A DNA stretch of 64,000 nucleotides from Chrysomallon squamiferum (taxonomy: Eukaryota > Animalia > Mollusca): assembly GCA_012295275.1 (NCBI GenBank), contig CM022671.1, positions 34,472,001 to 34,536,000 of the forward strand, in the 5' to 3' direction. This document shows, piece after piece, positions 58,402-64,000 of the stretch. Position 1 is the first letter of the stretch. Each line of letters starts with the position of its first letter. Under the pieces are notes generated by a model that worked only from the letters and a program-made list of their open reading frames with translations, was not told where the DNA came from and searched no databases. The translations under genes were made by a program, and so were the position numbers.

Positions 58402-58840
58402 CAGAGAGAGAGAGAGACTCAATATTTCTATTATCTTGTCCAATTAGCGTGATTTATCATTTAGGCCATAATTGAAAGACGATGGAATAACCTATTATTG
58501 TAATTATTTTCATAATCGACAGCCTTTGGTGACAGAAAACACATCGTTACTTTGATAGAAGGGCAAACTGCCCAGCCAGATTCATTTGCGAGACTCGACA
58601 CTCATTTAAAAAATAGCGAATAATAGTATGATTACAAAGTAGCTGAAGACTAAAAATGTGAAGAAAAAAACCAACAACCCTAGCACATATGCATCTATCT
58701 ACCTATCTATCTAAAGAAATAAACTGTTAAAATAATTATATCCTTTTAAAGAACTTTACGCATATTCTGACCTTGTTACTACATATATATGTATCTACTT
58801 ATTTATATAAATCTACGTCTATCCATCTGTGCGTATGTGT

Positions 58841-58893
<53 letters not shown>

Positions 58894-60008
58894 TACATAC
58901 TCCCTTCCACGACCTATTAATCATGTATGTGGTCGTGTCTGTGAAACCGACAAAAAACCATTAAGAGCCACAATAAAACGATGTCTGCAGGCACAAGTGT
59001 TATGTGAGAAGTATCATGTAGCTTCTGCCCTGTTTTGTTTTCTGTTTAATGCATTTCCTAGGAGACGCTGTACGAGAAGGTAACTGAAGACAGAGATAAT
59101 TTAGCTGTGTTCTTCTTCTTTTAAGTTTTAACCCTGAAAACGACAATAACAGGAAATATTTGATTTTTTAAAACAATTTCTGTGTAATTTGAGTCCTTCT
59201 ACTGCCACTTCTGTTACAACAGCAACAACCACTGTTACTATTACTACTACTACTACTACTACCTGTGTTATTAGTATTACAGTAATACTGTTATTACAAC
59301 AGAACCAGTAAGAACAAGATGCGGCGATAAGAAATGCAGTAACGACGGCATCAACAAGAACTACTACTACTACTACCACTACTGTTGCTGCTTCTACAAT
59401 TATTGTCGCCATCGCTGTTTTCTGCTGTCATTGATTTAGTAAAAAAAAAAAAAAAAAAGATGTGTTTTTGGATAAAACTTAATAAATTGAAAATAAAATA
59501 AAATTTAAGATTTTATATATATATATATATATGTCTACAAACAAAGCTAATACATCCCAGCCACACATTCCAGCCACAATTGTTGTGTCAGCAAACATTC
59601 TAACTTGTAACAATCTTTTATTCCAGCGCATACTTCAACACTGCCGACATCGTAATGAGTCGTTTCAGTTTTAGCGAAATGTCGTTTGAGAAAAATCTTA
59701 TTTCGCGAGAGTGGAGAACTTTTCAAATCGAGTGACAAATTGTTTCAGCGTTGCAGCAATCAATACGTGATATCAGCTGCCAAACAAAACAGTCGTAACA
59801 ACATTTCCCCTCGTTTTGCTTTTTGCATCCAGCAAGAGTTTGGTCAGTGGAGAAATGGAACGATCCGAAGTGCTGGAACTCGTAAAGTTGACAACTCTTG
59901 GCTGGCAGAGCGAGCAATCTGGCATCGATTTGAAGACAGTTGTTAACCAAATGTGATCAAAGTCATAAAAAGAAAAAAAAACCTCTAGTAAACAGAAGTA
60001 AAATGGTC

Positions 60009-60041
<33 letters not shown>

Positions 60042-60394
60042 AAAATTTAAAACCAAAAAAAAAAAAAGAAAAAAAAAATTGAAAGAAGAACTAGAAACAA
60101 ATAAAGAGGAAAAAAAGATTTAAAAAAGAAATTAAAAAAGAAATTAAAATCATGAAGATTGAAAATGGTCTGGAATTCATTTTTTGGCCGAGCGTTCATT
60201 TATTTATTTTATTTATATTATTATTATTATTATTATTAATGTCGTTATTTACGGGTAGAAAAATTAAAACATTTGATAATGTCAAGGGTCAAGGGTCATT
60301 TTACTTTTGACACGTAACATTCAGTGGTAATTAAATTTTGAGCAGTTACTATAATTTTATCAAACATTTCAGTTTTGTTAGTAACAGATATTTC

Positions 60395-60970
60395 CATTAC
60401 TGTTACTGTTCCTACCACAACAACTACTTCTACTACTGAAGTACTACTACTGCTACTACTACAACTACATTTTCTCCTACTTCGGCTTAACCTTCTCCTA
60501 CTACAACTACAATAACAACTTCTACTACTACCGACACTGCTGCTGCTACTACTACTGTTTCTGCTACAAGTAGTTCTACTGTTCCTACTACTAGTGCAAC
60601 TACTACTTCTACTTTTCCTACTACTGCTGGTACTATAACTTTGACCGTTCCTACTAATACTGCCACTACAACTATTACTGTTCCTTCTACTACTGCTACT
60701 ACAACGTCTACTGTTCCTTCTACTACAACGTCTACTGTTCCTACTACTACTGGTATTACTGCCTTTACTGTCCCTATTAAAACTACAACTAATTTTACTT
60801 TTCCTGTTATTAATTCTACCAGTACTGATACTCATGTTTTTCCTACTACTACTACTACTACCGCTACTACAACTACAGTTTCAACAATTCCCACTGTTAC
60901 TGCCGCTGCCGCTACAACTTCTGCTGTTTCTACTACAACAGCTGCCACTTCTTTTGTTATTTCTTCTACC
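60395..60970. repeat. Degenerate (CTA/ACT)n cryptic microsatellite
   Basis: Triplet-periodic ctactactg/ctactaca sequence that generates the Thr-rich and Ser/Arg-rich ORFs in the track. Confidence 0.8.
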
Positions 60971-61394
60971 ACTGGCACACATTTACCAACGAGTGTCAGA
61001 TGACAGATAAAATTAGAGTACATTCATTCACCCTCACCGATAACGATTCTTTTTTTCAAGTCAGCTATTTACAGAACGCTATTTCAATACTTCGTCGCTG
61101 TACGCACGTTGGAAGCATTTTTTTAAATGTGACAAAAGAAAGAGAGATCCCTGTCACGTCGAGTTTTCCACGCGAGAGGGCGCCACTGGGTTTCAAATCA
61201 GCTGTAATTAACGAAGAGATAATATGCAGGAAACACAACGTAATGTGCGATTACTCAGTCAAAGTGTGTCGCCGCATGAAAACAAATCAGAGAAGTCCAG
61301 TGAGGTAGGAGCGATGTTTTTTTTTTTTTTTTTATAACGAAGACAAGAAAAAGAAAAGAAAAAAGGAAAGAAAGAAAGAATAAAAGGTATAATG

Positions 61395-61436
<42 letters not shown>

Positions 61437-62616
61437 GTAATAATAATAATAATAATGATGATGATGACGATAATACTGATAATGATTATAATAATGATGA
61501 TATTGATGAAGATGAGAATCATAAGACGAATAATAATAATAAGAAGAAGAAGAAGAAGAACAAAAAGAAGAGAAGAAGAAGAAGAAGAAGAAGAAGAAGA
61601 AGAAGAAGAAGAAGAAGATGATGATGATGAAGAAGAAAAGGCAGAGGAGTAGGTCGAAGACTTTCACACAACGTAAAATGGAACATGAGTGTTTCTTAGA
61701 AGTTCGTCCGTCGCTGAAATGTGCCAGCGGGTTTGAATTTATGCTTTCTGTAGGATTTTAACGACGGTGAATTTCGCACGCATCACTCTGTATTAATTAA
61801 TCGAATTGGAGAAAAATGTCCGAACGAAATTCATTACGTTAGCGGATTCTCGGTCACTGAGTTTTCACAACTAGCGCCATGATTGCTATAATTTGCGAAA
61901 GCAATAAAGTGGCGGAAAGAAAGCGCAGATTCAACTCGCAATTATAGAGATGAAGTTGTTGAAAAAAATAATAATAAAGAAAAGAAAAGAAAAGAAAAGA
62001 AAAAGAGTAGAAGAGAAAGAAATCTCCCGTCCCCAAATGTTGTTATTCAAAGATGGCGGACATTTTTGCTTTTATTTTTGACTGGTCACCATGACGTTGT
62101 TTTAAGCGTTTCATGTAGCGCAGCACCGGAGAGAAATCAGTGCCGTCTTGTCTCGTTTCCGATTAAATCTCTTGGCGACCTTTCGGTGCCTCGATAAAAA
62201 TGGAGAAAATGCCAGGGAGTTGTAAAAGCAAAGCAAGAAATGCCACGTGTTAAGAGATAGCAGCAATTTCAAATGAATGATCGTTAGCGTTAAACAAAGC
62301 TATTAAACTCTACCACTGTTTACGATGAAATGCATTTTATTTTCGTTTTCTGTCGTTAAATTCACGTTAGATGCACAGACGTATTTCCCAAATGGTATTT
62401 TCTTATTATGTCTTTGCAGATTTTAATAACAATGTTCAGTGACTTTCAAGGAATTAGTTGATTTTATTATTTATTTATTTATTTTTTTATTTTTTTTTGT
62501 GTGTTTTGTGAGTGAAGGATGTGGTTGTGTTTGTAAATGTCGGTTGAAAAAAGAACTAAGACTGGCAATGACAGAGGAGTCAAACGTGAAAGAATAATTC
62601 ATTATTTTTTATGTAA

Positions 62617-62689
<73 letters not shown>

Positions 62690-62824
62690 TTAAATAAAAT
62701 AAAAAGTTATAGAATGCTACTATTACCATACAACTATTTTATCTACTGCGATTCCTACAACTATTATTACTACTACTATCACTACTACTACTACTACTAC
62801 TATTACTACTACTACTAGTACTAC

Positions 62825-62874
<50 letters not shown>

Positions 62875-62928
62875 CAACAATAGCAATAGTAATAATATAA
62901 CAATAATAGCAATAACAACAACAACAAC

Positions 62929-62980
<52 letters not shown>

Positions 62981-63491
62981 CCTTAATTATAAGCTACACC
63001 ATTGAATCTCTTTATCATATACCGAAGCCACTCTAACATTTCAAACTGAGACAGAACACAATTATCTAAAACTTGTTAGCGAAAAGAAAAATCCTCAAGC
63101 ATCTTAAGTCCTCTATGGTGTATGTGGAGAGTTCAATTTACTCGACTGCTGAAATAAAATTCGCCTCGATTGCAATCGACAGATGAATAAAAATAAATGG
63201 CAGTTTTATGTATTTTTCAACTTGAGAGTCGAATACATGAGGAAACAGGCAGAAAGAAAGAAAGAAAAAAAAAAGACTTGTCATTTCTGAGATTGTGGAT
63301 AAAAAAAGAAAAATGATGTATGAATGATAGTTTTATTTGATTAGAGACTTAAGCGACATGGAGTTATAATTTTGATAAACTTAGTGTCAAAAAATATGAT
63401 TAATAATTGTCGTAAAAAAAGATATGAAGAAATAAAAATAAAATAATAATGAAGAAATAAAAAGAATCGCTAGCAAGCAGATAATGTAATT

Positions 63492-63563
<72 letters not shown>

Positions 63564-63830
63564 GAACAGAAATTCAACACAATGGCAAACGACAGATCTT
63601 CTTTTAAAATGCATCACAAACCACAACAATACGAGAAAGACGGCAACATGATGATACAGCTGCTGCTGATGATAATAATAATGACAACTACAGCATTGAT
63701 AATGGCGGTGGTTTTTGTACTGATGATGACGATGATAATAATGGTGATGATGTTTATTCTGACAATAATGATTATGATGACGATAATAATGATGGCAATG
63801 ATGATAATAATAATAATTATTATTATTATT

Positions 63831-63865
<35 letters not shown>

Positions 63866-63970
63866 TTTATAAAACAGACGGTAAAAAAAAAGTGATTATA
63901 CTTCATTTTCAATTCCCGTTAAACAAAATCAATTCGTCCCCATCACGAAGACAAACAATATTTCACTGAC

Positions 63971-64000
63971 CTTCGTTTCAAATATGGCTGACCTTCTTCC
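63971..64000 (-). CDS. Probable upstream RhoGEF exon, truncated by the window edge (...GRRSAIFETK)
   Basis: AAG|GTCAGT donor at 63970; open in phase 0, matching the phase-0 acceptor at 50502. Only 30 nt are visible. Confidence 0.4.

Noticed and set aside
60641-61003. Thr-rich mucin-like 120-aa ORF, tempting as a GALNT substrate
   Set aside because: Starts at TTG, has no signal peptide, the frame is not maintained across the whole tract and there is no clear exon boundary; best explained as a decayed (CTA)n microsatellite.

Overview
Eukaryotic, very AT-rich, microsatellite-dense genomic DNA; the gene set and repeat landscape suggest an invertebrate, possibly a mollusc (inference). Four spliced protein-coding genes lie head-to-tail on the minus strand, reconstructed by hand from GT-AG boundaries with consistent intron phases. 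They are: (1) ceramide kinase (11 exons, 14744->1404; last exon falls left of the window); (2,3) two tandem polypeptide GalNAc-transferase paralogs with only 3 coding exons each (18807->16338 and 23671->20678), showing patchy near-identity and unusual catalytic and lectin motifs; (4) a PLEKHG7-like DH-PH RhoGEF (15 exons, 50502->34105, plus a probable upstream exon at the right window edge). Non-coding features include a MITE-like element, several minisatellites (one 49-bp array grading into the RhoGEF C-terminal coding sequence), two candidate structured RNAs and CpG-rich intronic islands. Most long ORFs in the supplied track are microsatellite translation artefacts. I found no clear-cut novel multi-gene system; the best leads are the divergent GALNT pair and the structured non-coding elements.
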